The position numbers and the translations under genes are program-made. A stretch of 64,000 nucleotides of DNA. Source: an uncultured Verrucomicrobiae bacterium (GTDB lineage Bacteria > Verrucomicrobiota > Verrucomicrobiia > Limisphaerales > Palsa-1400). The stretch covers positions 823,410-887,409 of the forward strand of contig CAVWZG010000002.1 of NCBI GenBank assembly GCA_963759415.1, read 5' to 3'. Shown in pieces: positions 18,985 through 33,816 of the stretch. Numbering within the stretch: position 1 is the stretch's first letter; each line of letters begins with the position of its first letter. The notes beneath the pieces were generated by a model. The model was not told the DNA's origin, did no database searches, and saw only the letters and a list, made by a program, of their open reading frames with translations.

Positions 18985-21900
18985 TTACGGCACCACTTTG
19001 GTGGTGAAATAAGTGGCCCCAGCGCCGATGGCGTTGGTGAAGGAGAACGATCCGTTAGCGTTGAAGGCATTGGTCGCCACGGGCGTCCAACTCGTCAGCG
19101 GCTTGTTCAGGACCGTGCTCGACAGCACCACGTAATGGAATCCGGTGCCGGCTCCAGCCACGTTGGTGCCATTGAATATCATGTTGGCTCCCGACTTGCT
19201 CACGCTGGTGATGGTCGCCGGCAAGATCGGATTGGGATTTCCCGCCACAATCTCGATGACCCCGAGACCGTTGTTATACATGCCGCTGGCATCCACCGCC
19301 AGATTGCCTGGCAGACCCTGCATGGTCACGCTGGAGAACGTGTTCGTCGGGGTATTGCCGTTCCAAAAGGCAACGGTCCACTTGTCACCGATCTTAAACC
19401 CGGTCAGGTTGTTCGGATTGCCGATGACCAGCTTGGAAGCGGCGCCCAAGGAGGTGGGCAGATTCACGTTCAGATAGCTGGCCGCGCCGAAGTTGAACGA
19501 GTTGTCACCCGCGCCGGCGCCGCTATAGACGCTCACGGCCATGGTGCCGTTAAGCGCCAGGTAGCCGTTGCCAGTCGCGTTCGCGACTTTGAGCGAGCTG
19601 CCCGTGGTATTGGTCGGAACGCCAGCCATCAAAGTGCCGTTGACGATGATGTTGTAGTTCTGGTCGGTCTGAATGTTGCCGTTGCCGTCCAGCGTGCCGC
19701 CGGCGTCCACCGTGATTGGCCCCATGGGCAGGCTGGAGTTGCCAGTGCTGTCCGCTTCGAGGATGCCCCCGGATATCTCGTTGGTGCCGTCCAGGGCGCT
19801 GTTGTCGCCGGTGAAGATCTCGGTGCCCGCGCCAGCCTTGACGATGTTGACAACGCTGCCGTCGGTGGAGAAGTTCACTATGTTGCCGTCGAATTCGCCG
19901 CTATGATCGCCGACGCCGATGGTCAGAGTTCCCCAAATGGGCAGGGCGTAGCCCGCGAGTTGCTCAATGAGGGACGGATTGCCAAGGGACGGTCCGGCGC
20001 CATTGAGGGCGTTAACGCTGAAGTTAACACTCCTTTGAATCTCCAAGATGCTGTTGGTGCCCAGATTAAGATCTTCGGCAGTAACAGTAGCGATGTCAAC
20101 TTTGAGCGCCATGCCGGCGGTGGAGGTGTCAACGGTTTGAACGGTAATGGTCCCGTTAAACGCCATCGCAAAGGGCCATTCGCATAAACCACCAGTGCCG
20201 ACCAGCAACACGTTCCCGTTTCCCGTGATGTTGCCGAGGGTCAAACTCGTGCCGCTGTTGGTCAGGGTGATGCCGCTGGTGTTGCTCAGGTTAATTCCGC
20301 CAAACATGGTGACACTGCCAGTGCCATTGTTTCCAATGACGACGCCATTGGTGCAATTGGTGGTGACAGTTATCGTGAGGGGCATGCTCCCATGGGTGGC
20401 GAGCACGCTGACACTGTTGGCCCCGGTGTTGGTATCGCCCAACGTCAAGGTTGAGGAGCCAAGAGCTGCGACGTTGTCAGCTATCACGGTGCCGGCACTG
20501 ATCACGAAGCCGCCGCCAAAGGTATTATTGGCCGTGGATACGGTCACGCTCCCCGTTCCTTCCTTGAGGACGCCCCCTAAGCCGGTGATCTGTCCCGCGC
20601 CTGACAACGTATAGTCATTCGGCTCGTTGTTCGACACCACAATCGCCGCGGGGCTGACGTCTCCCCCGATGTTGACGCCGTAAAGGCTCGCAACGTCAGG
20701 GAAAGTGACGGGATCGCCACCGAAGAAATACAGCGGGGTGGAACTGTTGGTCAAATCCCAGTTCTTGCTGGCACCCGTATCCCAGTTGGCGTTGACGCTT
20801 CCCGTCCAAACAAGATTGGGGGGCGGGCCGCTGGAGGCCAATTGCACTTTGAGCGCACTGCCGGTAGTGGTCACGTTGGCCACGGTATAACCGGCGGGCA
20901 CAACCACGTTTGCGGTCGTGACGTTGCCCGTGAGGCTGCCAGTCCACGTCATCAGAGTGTAAGGCTCACCAGTGGTAAAGGCGGCGCCCTTAATCTGGAT
21001 GCTGGGTGTTCCCTTGCTGAAGTCCACGTTGCCATTGACGACGATCAGGTCGTTGGAACCACCGCCAGCGGTGGACCAGTTGGTGCCGAGATCGAAGAGA
21101 AGATTCGCGCCGCCGGGCACGAAGCTGATGGTGGTGCTGGGGGCGGGACTGATGGTCAACGTGCCGATGACGCCGCTGCCGCCGGGATACAACGTGGCTT
21201 GATTCGTCTGGCCACTATTGGTGGTGCCATTAGCCGTGATGGGGGCCAGGGCAAGGCTGCCGATGATGTCAGCCGCAGGGGTGCCGGCGGCGCTGGCGCC
21301 GGTGTGGCCGGCCGTCAGGGTCATGTTGTTGGTCATGCCGATGGTGTAAGGACCATAATTGGCGGCCAGGGCATTGGTGTCATTCCAGCTTACATCAAGA
21401 GTGCTGCCGTTGCCCACAGCGATGGACGGCGAGGCCAGCAATAGATTGCTTTGGAGGACCACGTGGGCGGAGTTTGCGATCGCCAAGGCGCCGTTGAGAC
21501 CATTGGTCAAGCCGGAATGAACGAAGGTTCCAGGCCCATTCATGTTCCACCCGAACAAAATTCCAGCGGCGAGGCCCGCTGTCATCTGATATCCTGAAGT
21601 TGTGATACTTTGCACGATAGTGTTGGTGCCGGTCGAGGCGCCGCCCTGGGTAAAGGCATACACGGTTCCAGGCCCGGTTGAGCCACTATACAAGCCGACG
21701 CGGAAGGGGCCTGTCCAAGTCAAACTGTTGGTGACGCTGTTGTTGTTCAGCACAAAGGCTCTGGTCGAGGACCCGCCTTGAAATGGCTCAATTTCCCACG
21801 GCAGATCAGTGATGCAATCGGTGTTGCCAATAAAGTTCCACGTTCCAGGGGATCCCGAACCGCTCCAGCCGCCAAATTTCATCATGCCTTGGAAAGCCGC

Positions 21901-22656
21901 GCCGGTGCCGTTGGGCTGCCCGAGGGCGCTGGGCTGGTTGCTCATGGCCATGGAAGTGAACGACATGGCGCCGGAATCCAGGGAGATGGGACCGTAGCCT
22001 TGGTCGTTGGCGCCGCTGGTGGCAGTCCCTTGCGCCCCACTGAAGGTATTGTTGGGGTTGAGAAGGAATAAGGTAATCTGGCCGGCGCTGCTGCCCGGCA
22101 CCCAGAGGTCGCCGGTGCCGGAGAGCAGACCGCTAAACGCGATCACACTGTTAATATTGGCGGCAGGCACCGAGCAATTGATGGTTGAATTGAACGCGGT
22201 GTCCATGGCCCAATTGTTGCTTCCTGCTCCACTATAAAGGTTGGAGAAGGTGACGGAAACGCTGACATTCCCGCCGCGACTGGGGGGAGTCGGGTCCAAC
22301 GTAACAGGATTGCCGTAGTAAACGCCATTGGTGGTGTTGAAGGCGACCCCGTCGATCCCCGACACGCCAGTCAGATCATTGGTGGCGACAGTGGTGCCAA
22401 AAGTGGTCCGGCCGGGAAAATACAGCCAGATGCCGGTGGCGGCTCCGGTCGGCGGAACGGTTGAGGTCACGCTGGTTGGGCTGACGGTCCAGTTGGCCGG
22501 GTCGCTCCAGTTGCTGCTGACGGTGCTGGCGCCAACCCAAGTGTAGGTCTGTGCCGACACGGGAGCAGCGGAAGCGAACAATAAGGCGGCCGCTGCGCTT
22601 AGCAGCGCGGCTCGCAGGGTGGGTCGATGATTCGGATAATTGCGTTTTTTTATCAT
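18985..22656 (-). CDS. large secreted autotransporter-associated beta-strand repeat (PATR) protein
   Basis: Start at MIKKRNYPNHRPTLRAALLSAAAALLFASAAPVSAQ (signal). TYTWVGASTVSSNWSDPANWT opener. Long G/T/N/S-rich beta-helix-like repeats. C-terminal beta-sandwich-like tail. Confidence 0.8.
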   Translation of the reverse strand: MIKKRNYPNHRPTLRAALLSAAAALLFASAAPVSAQTYTWVGASTVSSNWSDPANWTVSPTSVTSTVPPTGAATGIWLYFPGRTTFGTTVATNDLTGVSGIDGVAFNTTNGVYYGNPVTLDPTPPSRGGNVSVSVTFSNLYSGAGSNNWAMDTAFNSTINCSVPAANINSVIAFSGLLSGTGDLWVPGSSAGQITLFLLNPNNTFSGAQGTATSGANDQGYGPISLDSGAMSFTSMAMSNQPSALGQPNGTGAAFQGMMKFGGWSGSGSPGTWNFIGNTDCITDLPWEIEPFQGGSSTRAFVLNNNSVTNSLTWTGPFRVGLYSGSTGPGTVYAFTQGGASTGTNTIVQSITTSGYQMTAGLAAGILFGWNMNGPGTFVHSGLTNGLNGALAIANSAHVVLQSNLLLASPSIAVGNGSTLDVSWNDTNALAANYGPYTIGMTNNMTLTAGHTGASAAGTPAADIIGSLALAPITANGTTNSGQTNQATLYPGGSGVIGTLTISPAPSTTISFVPGGANLLFDLGTNWSTAGGGSNDLIVVNGNVDFSKGTPSIQIKGAAFTTGEPYTLMTWTGSLTGNVTTANVVVPAGYTVANVTTTGSALKVQLASSGPPPNLVWTGSVNANWDTGASKNWDLTNSSTPLYFFGGDPVTFPDVASLYGVNIGGDVSPAAIVVSNNEPNDYTLSGAGQITGLGGVLKEGTGSVTVSTANNTFGGGFVISAGTVIADNVAALGSSTLTLGDTNTGANSVSVLATHGSMPLTITVTTNCTNGVVIGNNGTGSVTMFGGINLSNTSGITLTNSGTSLTLGNITGNGNVLLVGTGGLCEWPFAMAFNGTITVQTVDTSTAGMALKVDIATVTAEDLNLGTNSILEIQRSVNFSVNALNGAGPSLGNPSLIEQLAGYALPIWGTLTIGVGDHSGEFDGNIVNFSTDGSVVNIVKAGAGTEIFTGDNSALDGTNEISGGILEADSTGNSSLPMGPITVDAGGTLDGNGNIQTDQNYNIIVNGTLMAGVPTNTTGSSLKVANATGNGYLALNGTMAVSVYSGAGAGDNSFNFGAASYLNVNLPTSLGAASKLVIGNPNNLTGFKIGDKWTVAFWNGNTPTNTFSSVTMQGLPGNLAVDASGMYNNGLGVIEIVAGNPNPILPATITSVSKSGANMIFNGTNVAGAGTGFHYVVLSSTVLNKPLTSWTPVATNAFNANGSFSFTNAIGAGATYFTTKVVP

Positions 22657-22951
22657 AACTTTTTTTTGTGAGGTTCGGATAAGCGTTTGCACTCTCGTCA
22701 CGGGAGCTTGCTTGAAGTTGTTGGTCGCCGACATTGGGCAACAACATCACAAGACCACGCGGTGATTTTGTGGACGCCGATCATTCGCTTCATTTAACAC
22801 AAAATGTGCAAACTAGTATAGGGCATGAATATGCCCTACGTGAGGCCGTGAAGCGCTAAGTATTAAGGCTAGCATCAAGGTCGCAAGCCCGAAAACGCCA
22901 TCGGTGAAATTGGGTGAGAATTGCTTTGCCTGGCGTGTCCTTTTCCCCAAC

Positions 22952-27967
<5,016 letters not shown>

Positions 27968-28118
27968 GCCGGGCAGGCTGACTAGGCGAACGGACGATGT
28001 CAAGGGCCGCTTCCCGCATGTCGCTTCCCGCATCCGCGCGATTACACAATCGGGCTGAAATTATACTTCCCAAAGTCCGCCAGCGGCGTGATGCTCCTGT
28101 AAAAAAGAAAGGCACATT

Positions 28119-29186
28119 ATGGGTTTGATGAACTATTTGAAAACGCAGTTCCTGGAAATCATCGAGTGGCAGGATGATTCGCGCGACACGCTTACCTATC
28201 GCTACCCGGATGGGGACAAGGAAATCAAGAACGGCGCGCAACTTATCGTCAACGAATCCCAGGTGGCGCAGTTTCTTTATCTCGGCCAATTTGGCGACGC
28301 CTTCGGGCCAGGCAAACATACTCTGACCACCGACAACATCCCCATCCTTTCCACGCTCAAAGGCTGGAAATACGGCCTGCATTCGCCCTTCAAGGCCGAC
28401 ATCTACTTCGTCAACACGCGCCTGTTCACCGGCAATAAGTGGGGCACGGCCAACCCCATCATGATGCGCGACGCCGATTTTGGCATCGTCCGCGCCCGGG
28501 CCTACGGCATCTTCGATTTCCACATTACCGACGTGCAGTTGTTCCTCAAAGAAGTGGCCGGCACGGATGACCACTTTCGCCTGGAGGAGTTTTCCGACAC
28601 GATGCGCTCGCGGATTGTGAGCGTGTTCACCGACGCATTGGCCTCGGCCAAAGTGCCGGTGTTGGACGTGGCCTCGCGCTACCAGGAATTGGGCGCGGCG
28701 CTGCTGCCGCTGATCAACCCGCAAGTCACGGGCAAATACGGGATTGAGATTTCGAGTTTCATCGTGGAAAACGTTTCGCTGCCGCCGGAAGTCGAAGCAG
28801 CCATCGACAAACGGAGCAGCATGGCGGCGGTGGGCAATCTCAACGACTACGTGAAATTCCAAATGGCCGAATCCATGACCAAGGGCGGCGGCGCGGCCGG
28901 CAGCATGGCGGGCACGGCGGCGGGCTTGGGCGCCGGTTTGGCCATGGGCCAGCAAATGGTGGCGGCGATGAACACCCCGCAATCCACCCCACAGGCGGCC
29001 CCGCCGGTCGTTGGCGGCGGCGGCGCGGCAGGTCAATTGCTCGGCCCGAGCGAGGTGGCCCAGATGCTCGGCGTGAGCGAAGCCGACGTGCTGGCGACCT
29101 TGGAAAAGGGCGATCTCAAAGGCAAAAAGATCGGTTCCACCTGGCGCGTGACCAAGTCAGCGTTGGATGAGTTTTTGAAGAGTTGA
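28119..29186 (+). CDS. SPFH/Band-7 protein of the YdjI (virion-core-protein-like) type with a C-terminal excisionase/MerR-type HTH
   Basis: MGLMNYLKTQFLEIIEW...NGAQLIVNESQVAQF...FIVENVSLPPEVEAAIDKRSSM (SPFH core). Gly/Ala-rich linker. Last 49 aa LLGPSEVAQMLGVSEADVLATLEKGDLKGKKIGSTWRVTKSALDEFLKS (HTH_17-like). Confidence 0.75.
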   Translation: MGLMNYLKTQFLEIIEWQDDSRDTLTYRYPDGDKEIKNGAQLIVNESQVAQFLYLGQFGDAFGPGKHTLTTDNIPILSTLKGWKYGLHSPFKADIYFVNTRLFTGNKWGTANPIMMRDADFGIVRARAYGIFDFHITDVQLFLKEVAGTDDHFRLEEFSDTMRSRIVSVFTDALASAKVPVLDVASRYQELGAALLPLINPQVTGKYGIEISSFIVENVSLPPEVEAAIDKRSSMAAVGNLNDYVKFQMAESMTKGGGAAGSMAGTAAGLGAGLAMGQQMVAAMNTPQSTPQAAPPVVGGGGAAGQLLGPSEVAQMLGVSEADVLATLEKGDLKGKKIGSTWRVTKSALDEFLKS

Positions 29187-29308
29187 GGAGATTGCCGCGG
29201 AACAGCGGAAGGAAAATGGCAGAGGAATAATTTCAAGAAATTGATTTTTGCCGATTCCCCTGCCCATCATTCCTCTGCCCATGTTTTCTGTCCCCAATTC
29301 CCTAGATT

Positions 29309-30421
29309 ATGCCTGATGCCATAGCCCAAAAGAAATTCTCCTGCCCTTCCTGCGGCGGCGAGGCGCAGTGGAACCCCGTCAAGAAGGCCCTCGTCTGCCC
29401 GTTCTGCGGCACCGTTTCCCCTGCCCAAGCCGAGCTTTCTCCCAGCGGAGCCACGGTTATTGTCGAACATGATTTGGTCGCGGCCTTGCGCGGCATCCCG
29501 GATGAGCAGCGCGGCTGGCAGGCCAAGAAAATCTCCGTCAAATGCCAGAGTTGCCAGGCCATTTCCGTATTTGATCCCGAACGGGTCGGGCAACGGTGCG
29601 ATTTTTGCGGTTCGACCGAGTTGGCGCCGTACGAGGAAATCAAGGAGGCCTTTCGCCCCGAAAGCTTGCTGCCGATGAAATTGGGCGAGAGCCAGGTGCG
29701 CGATTTGATCCGCGCCTGGTACGGCAACCGCTGGTTCGCGCCCAATAAACTTAAACGGGCCGCCCTGACCGATACGGTCAAGGGCCTCTACATCCCGTAC
29801 TGGACGTTTGACGCCCAGGTCCACGCCGATTGGACGGCCGAAAGCGGCTATTACTATTACGAAACGGAGTCCTACCGCGATTCCAACGGCAACGTCCAAA
29901 CGCGCCAGGTGCAGAAGATCCGCTGGCAATTCAGCAGCGGTTCGCTGGATCACTTTTTCGACGACGAATTGGTGCCGGCCTCGCGCGGGGTGCAGGAGGC
30001 GATGCTGCGCAAGATCGAGCCGTTTCCGACGACCACCGATTTGGTGGCTTACAACGCCGGTTATTTGTCAGGCTGGGTGGTGGAGCGGTATCAAATCGAC
30101 CTGGTCGCGGCGGCGCAGGAAGCCCGCCAGGAAATGGAGGCGGAAATGGAAGGGCTGTGCGCCGCCAAGGTGCCCGGCGACACGCACCGAAACCTGCAAG
30201 TAGAGAGCGATTATTCCGGGCAGACTTTCAAGCACATCCTGACGCCGATCTGGCTCTTGAGCTACAACTACGGCGCGCGGCATTTCCAGGTAGTCATCAA
30301 CGGCTATACCGGGGCCATCGCGGGCAAGTATCCCAAGAGCTGGGTAAAAATCACCCTGGCGGTCCTGGCGGCTCTGGCGGCGGCGGCGGGAATCTTCCTC
30401 TTGCTGGCGCAACGCCAATGA
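29309..30421 (+). CDS. double zinc-ribbon protein with C-terminal membrane anchor (YdjG-like)
   Basis: CPSCGG..(14)..CPFCG and CQSCQ..(14)..CDFCGS ribbons, a central roughly 230-aa domain, and a terminal TM WVKITLAVLAALAAAAGIFLLLA. Confidence 0.65.
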   Translation: MPDAIAQKKFSCPSCGGEAQWNPVKKALVCPFCGTVSPAQAELSPSGATVIVEHDLVAALRGIPDEQRGWQAKKISVKCQSCQAISVFDPERVGQRCDFCGSTELAPYEEIKEAFRPESLLPMKLGESQVRDLIRAWYGNRWFAPNKLKRAALTDTVKGLYIPYWTFDAQVHADWTAESGYYYYETESYRDSNGNVQTRQVQKIRWQFSSGSLDHFFDDELVPASRGVQEAMLRKIEPFPTTTDLVAYNAGYLSGWVVERYQIDLVAAAQEARQEMEAEMEGLCAAKVPGDTHRNLQVESDYSGQTFKHILTPIWLLSYNYGARHFQVVINGYTGAIAGKYPKSWVKITLAVLAALAAAAGIFLLLAQRQ

Positions 30422-30425
30422 GGCT

Positions 30426-33206
30426 TCAAGGCGCGCGCTGCACGGCTTGGCGGAGCCGATGTTGGATCGCCTTTTGACGGTCCGGGCCGAGCACCTTGGC
30501 CCCGTTGCGCTCGGTAATGTAGAAGGTGTCGTTGGCGGCGCCCTTTTCCGTCAAGATTTTGGCCAGATGGACGTTGACGTTTAAATCCGCCAGCGCCCGC
30601 GACACGTCGTAGAGCAAACCCACGCGGTCCTCCGCCTGCAAATCCAGAATTGTGCGCGAGTCCGAGGTGGCGTTGTCCAGGACCACCAGCGTCGGAATCC
30701 GTTCCCCTTCCAGCGATTTGTAAGTGGCCGTGGCCGGGCGGACCTTGGCGATGAGGGCGGGCAAATCCAGCGGCGCGCCGGTCAGAACCTTTTGCACCAG
30801 ATGCTCGAATTTATCCCGTTCCTCGCGCTTGGCCAATTGGCCGGTGCGCGCGTCGGCGACGAAGAAGCTGTCAAGGACAATACCGTCGAAACGGGTCAGG
30901 ATTTCGGCGCCCAGAATGTTGAAGCCGGCCGCCGTCAAACAGCCGGTGACGTGGGTGAAAAACCGCTCGCGGTCCCAGGTGCAAAGCTTGATGGTGGTGT
31001 AACCGCGGTCCCGCTCGTTCTGCCAGGTAATGATCGGCACCAGGGCGTTTTCTTCCGTCTCGGACAACTGCAACTGGATGAAGCGGTGGACCTGCGTCAC
31101 GTCTTCAAGGATGTCTTTGACATCGCTGATCTGGCAGTAGCGCGGCGGCAGATTGTTGAAATGGGCCTGGATTTCGACCGGGTCGAAGGTGGGCGGCGCC
31201 ATGCGTTTGACTTCCTCGACCAGCAATTCCCGCTGGCGCGCCTCGGCGAGGAGGAATTCCGTGCCGCCGCCCAGGACCTGGCGGGCCTTGCGATAGAGCT
31301 GCCAGAGCACGGCGTCCTTGAAACCGTTCCACAATTGGTCGCTCGTGCCCATGGAATCGGCAAAGGTATGCAAGGTGAGCATGACCAGATTTTCCGTGCT
31401 TTGAATGAGGCGGGAGAAGTTCCGGATCACGGCCGGATCGTCCAAGTCGCGGCGTTGCGAAATTTGGGCCATGGCCAGGTGGTTCTCGATGAGGATGCGC
31501 AAGGCGTGCGCCTTGGCCCCGTCCAAGCCCAGGCGGTTGGAGACGCTCAAGGCCACGTTGCCACCGATTTCCTCATGGTGCCCGCTGCGAAAGGCCTTGC
31601 CGGAGTCGTGCAGCAGCAAGGCCAGGTAGAGAAGATAGGCATGCTCCACCTCGCGCGAGATCTCGGCGTAGGCGCTGAAAGGCGCGGTCTTGGCGGACCA
31701 GACCTGGTCCAGCTTTTCGATGCACTTGAGCGTGTGCTCGTCGGCGGTGTATTGATGATAGAACTCCAGTTGCACCAGGCAGGTCAGGCGTCCAAATTCC
31801 GGCAGGAACTTCCCCAGCAGCCCGACTTCGTGCATGGCGCGCAAGACGGGCGCGACGCTGCCCCGCTGGTCGAGGATTTCCAGAAAGGTGGCGCGGACGT
31901 GCGGATCGCAACGGAACGAGTTATTGACAAGGTAAAGCTGGTTGCGGATGAGCTGCGCGGTGGCCGGATGCAGCTTGAGGCCTTTTTGCTGGGCGTGCAA
32001 AAAGACGCGCATCAGCCGTTTGGGGCTTTCGCGGAAGATGCCCGGCGACACGGCTCGAATCTCGTCCCCGGAGAATTTCAAGCCGTCCACCACGGTCTCG
32101 GTGTCCTTTTTTGAGCGCGAGCGAAAAATGTCCCGGGCAAAGGAGAGCAGGTGCTTGGCCGGCGGCAACAAAGCCAGCCGCTGCTCGAGGGCGCGAGTGA
32201 TGAAATCGATGTTGCGAGTGTGGCCGTAGAACTCATGCATGAAGGCCTCCAGGCGCCTGCCCGGCGAGCGGTCGTGCCAGCCCAGGTTGGCGGCAATGGA
32301 CGGTTGCAAACTGCGGCCCATGACATCGGAGGGGCGGTCCAGATAGTAATGCATCTCGTTGCGGACGCGGAGCATGAAGCCGTAGGCCTGGTCCAGTTGC
32401 TTGCGTTCGGAGGCGCTGATCATCTCCCGCGCTTCCAAGTCGGCCAGGGTGCGGGTGCGGTATTTGAAGTAGGACATCCACAGCAGGTTCTGATAATCGC
32501 GCAGTCCGCCGCAGCCGTTTTTGATGTTGGGTTCCTGCATGAAGGCGGAATTGCCGTACTTGGCCCGCCGCGCCGCCTGGTCCTCCACCCGCATCTGGAT
32601 GTATTCGTTTTCGTGGTCCAGCACGCATTTGGCCAGAACGGTGCGCTTGAACTGGTCGAACAAACTCTCGTCGCCCGTGATGCGGCGCGCCTCAATCAAC
32701 GAGGTTTTGGACTGCATATCGGTGTTGGCCACTTTGACGCAGTCGTCAACCGAGCGCACGGAGTGGCCGACTTTCAAGCCCAGGTCCCACAACGTATAGA
32801 GCATGCCGTCCACCAGTTCGGCCAGCGCGGGACGCGCTTTGCCGTCCGAAACCATGTCGCTTTCGTGCAGGAACATGAAGTCGATGTCGCTGTGCGGGTT
32901 CAATTCGGCCCGCCCATAACCGCCGATGGCCACCAGTGTCAGCACCGGCGCGGACTCCCCGGCCAACCGCGGCGAGGCTGCTTTGACGCCCTGCAAAATA
33001 TGGCGCAGCACCAGGTCGATGATGGCCGAGCGGGCGCGGCAAATCTCCCGTCCGTCCGCCCCTGCGCGGTGGAGCATTTTGAGACGGTGCGTTTCGATCT
33101 TGAGGAATCGCTTGTAGCGCGGCAATTCCTGGCGTGGCAGGGCCTTGGCGGGCAGCACCAGCCGCGCGGCGGCGCTGGCCTCGATCTTCTCTAACAATGT
33201 CGGCAT
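30426..33206 (-). CDS. glnD: [protein-PII] uridylyltransferase/uridylyl-removing enzyme
   Basis: Start at MPTLLEKIEAS. Nucleotidyltransferase GGYGRAELNPHSDIDFMFLH, HD domain LLLHDSGKA and two C-terminal ACT-like domains. Confidence 0.9.
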   Translation of the reverse strand: MPTLLEKIEASAAARLVLPAKALPRQELPRYKRFLKIETHRLKMLHRAGADGREICRARSAIIDLVLRHILQGVKAASPRLAGESAPVLTLVAIGGYGRAELNPHSDIDFMFLHESDMVSDGKARPALAELVDGMLYTLWDLGLKVGHSVRSVDDCVKVANTDMQSKTSLIEARRITGDESLFDQFKRTVLAKCVLDHENEYIQMRVEDQAARRAKYGNSAFMQEPNIKNGCGGLRDYQNLLWMSYFKYRTRTLADLEAREMISASERKQLDQAYGFMLRVRNEMHYYLDRPSDVMGRSLQPSIAANLGWHDRSPGRRLEAFMHEFYGHTRNIDFITRALEQRLALLPPAKHLLSFARDIFRSRSKKDTETVVDGLKFSGDEIRAVSPGIFRESPKRLMRVFLHAQQKGLKLHPATAQLIRNQLYLVNNSFRCDPHVRATFLEILDQRGSVAPVLRAMHEVGLLGKFLPEFGRLTCLVQLEFYHQYTADEHTLKCIEKLDQVWSAKTAPFSAYAEISREVEHAYLLYLALLLHDSGKAFRSGHHEEIGGNVALSVSNRLGLDGAKAHALRILIENHLAMAQISQRRDLDDPAVIRNFSRLIQSTENLVMLTLHTFADSMGTSDQLWNGFKDAVLWQLYRKARQVLGGGTEFLLAEARQRELLVEEVKRMAPPTFDPVEIQAHFNNLPPRYCQISDVKDILEDVTQVHRFIQLQLSETEENALVPIITWQNERDRGYTTIKLCTWDRERFFTHVTGCLTAAGFNILGAEILTRFDGIVLDSFFVADARTGQLAKREERDKFEHLVQKVLTGAPLDLPALIAKVRPATATYKSLEGERIPTLVVLDNATSDSRTILDLQAEDRVGLLYDVSRALADLNVNVHLAKILTEKGAANDTFYITERNGAKVLGPDRQKAIQHRLRQAVQRAP

Positions 33207-33261
33207 CCGAAATGAAGATAAACCAGAAGGCCAAAGATTGAAGTTTAAACTTAGGACGAGT

Positions 33262-33600
33262 GGTTTGATCCAGTGCGACTGGCTTTGACCAGGCTCAAGC
33301 GACACCCGCCTTCGCTGAGGCTACGGTGGGCGGGTTGGACTGGCCGGGACTGCGGTTTGACTGGGTTTGACCCGCCTTCGCAAGGCCTACGGCGGGCAGG
33401 CTGGGTGCGAGTGGCACAAATTGCCGTTTTTGGACGCGCTGCCTGGAGGACGCGAGGAACGGCACCCGCCGGCCGGCCTGCCCGCTTTTTCGCCTTGGCG
33501 GTTTTGAGGTCTGCAAATGTCAAAGAGCAGGCGCGGTGGGCGCCGCACAATCGCACTATACCACTGTTAGATGGGACTGCAACAGGAATTATTTAACACA
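33262..33600 (-). repeat. dispersed intergenic element, copy B (inverted relative to copy A)
   Basis: Its reverse complement aligns block by block with 963-1413 (see copy A). Lies immediately upstream of glnD in the same orientation. Confidence 0.8.
33555..33582 (-). promoter_or_regulatory. sigma70-like promoter inside repeat copy B (TTGCAG, 16-nt spacer, TATAGT), pointing toward glnD
   Basis: Complement of actata (33555-33560) and ctgcaa (33577-33582) with a 16-nt spacer identical to copy A except for one base. Confidence 0.45.
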
Positions 33601-33616
33601 GGAATTATTCAACGTC

Positions 33617-33700
33617 GGTTCCTCGCTGTTTTCGGTGGAATACCGGTTGATGTTGGGACGATTTCCTCTGGCTTTGCCAATCCCAACGGGATTGAAGCAT
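33617..33700 (+). repeat. about 85-nt repeat, left copy of an inverted pair
   Basis: ggttcctcgctgttttcggtggaataccggttgatgttgggacgatttcctctggctttgccaatcccaacgggattgaag. Roughly 85-90 percent identical to the reverse complement of 36326-36410. A partial third copy (ctcgctgttttcggttgaa) sits at 33905-33922. Confidence 0.8.
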
Positions 33701-33752
33701 CCAGCCCAGGGTTGCGCGCCTCGCGCTACCCTGGGTGGGAACACAGAGAAAT

Positions 33753-33816
33753 CACAACCCTGAAAGGGTTGAACCTGGCCCCCAAGCAACTGATGTTCAA
33801 CCCTTTCAGGGTTGTG
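33753..33816. repeat. perfect 22-bp inverted repeat (cacaaccctgaaagggttgaac / gttcaaccctttcagggttgtg) with a 20-nt spacer
   Basis: The arms at 33753-33774 and 33795-33816 are exact reverse complements. Each arm also contains the small palindrome aaccc-tgaaa-gggtt. Confidence 0.9.

Noticed and set aside
18985-22656. Internal repetitiveness of the 1.2-kaa gene as possible mobile or satellite DNA
   Set aside because: The repeats are in-frame, degenerate beta-strand (PATR-type) protein repeats within a single intact ORF that has a signal peptide.
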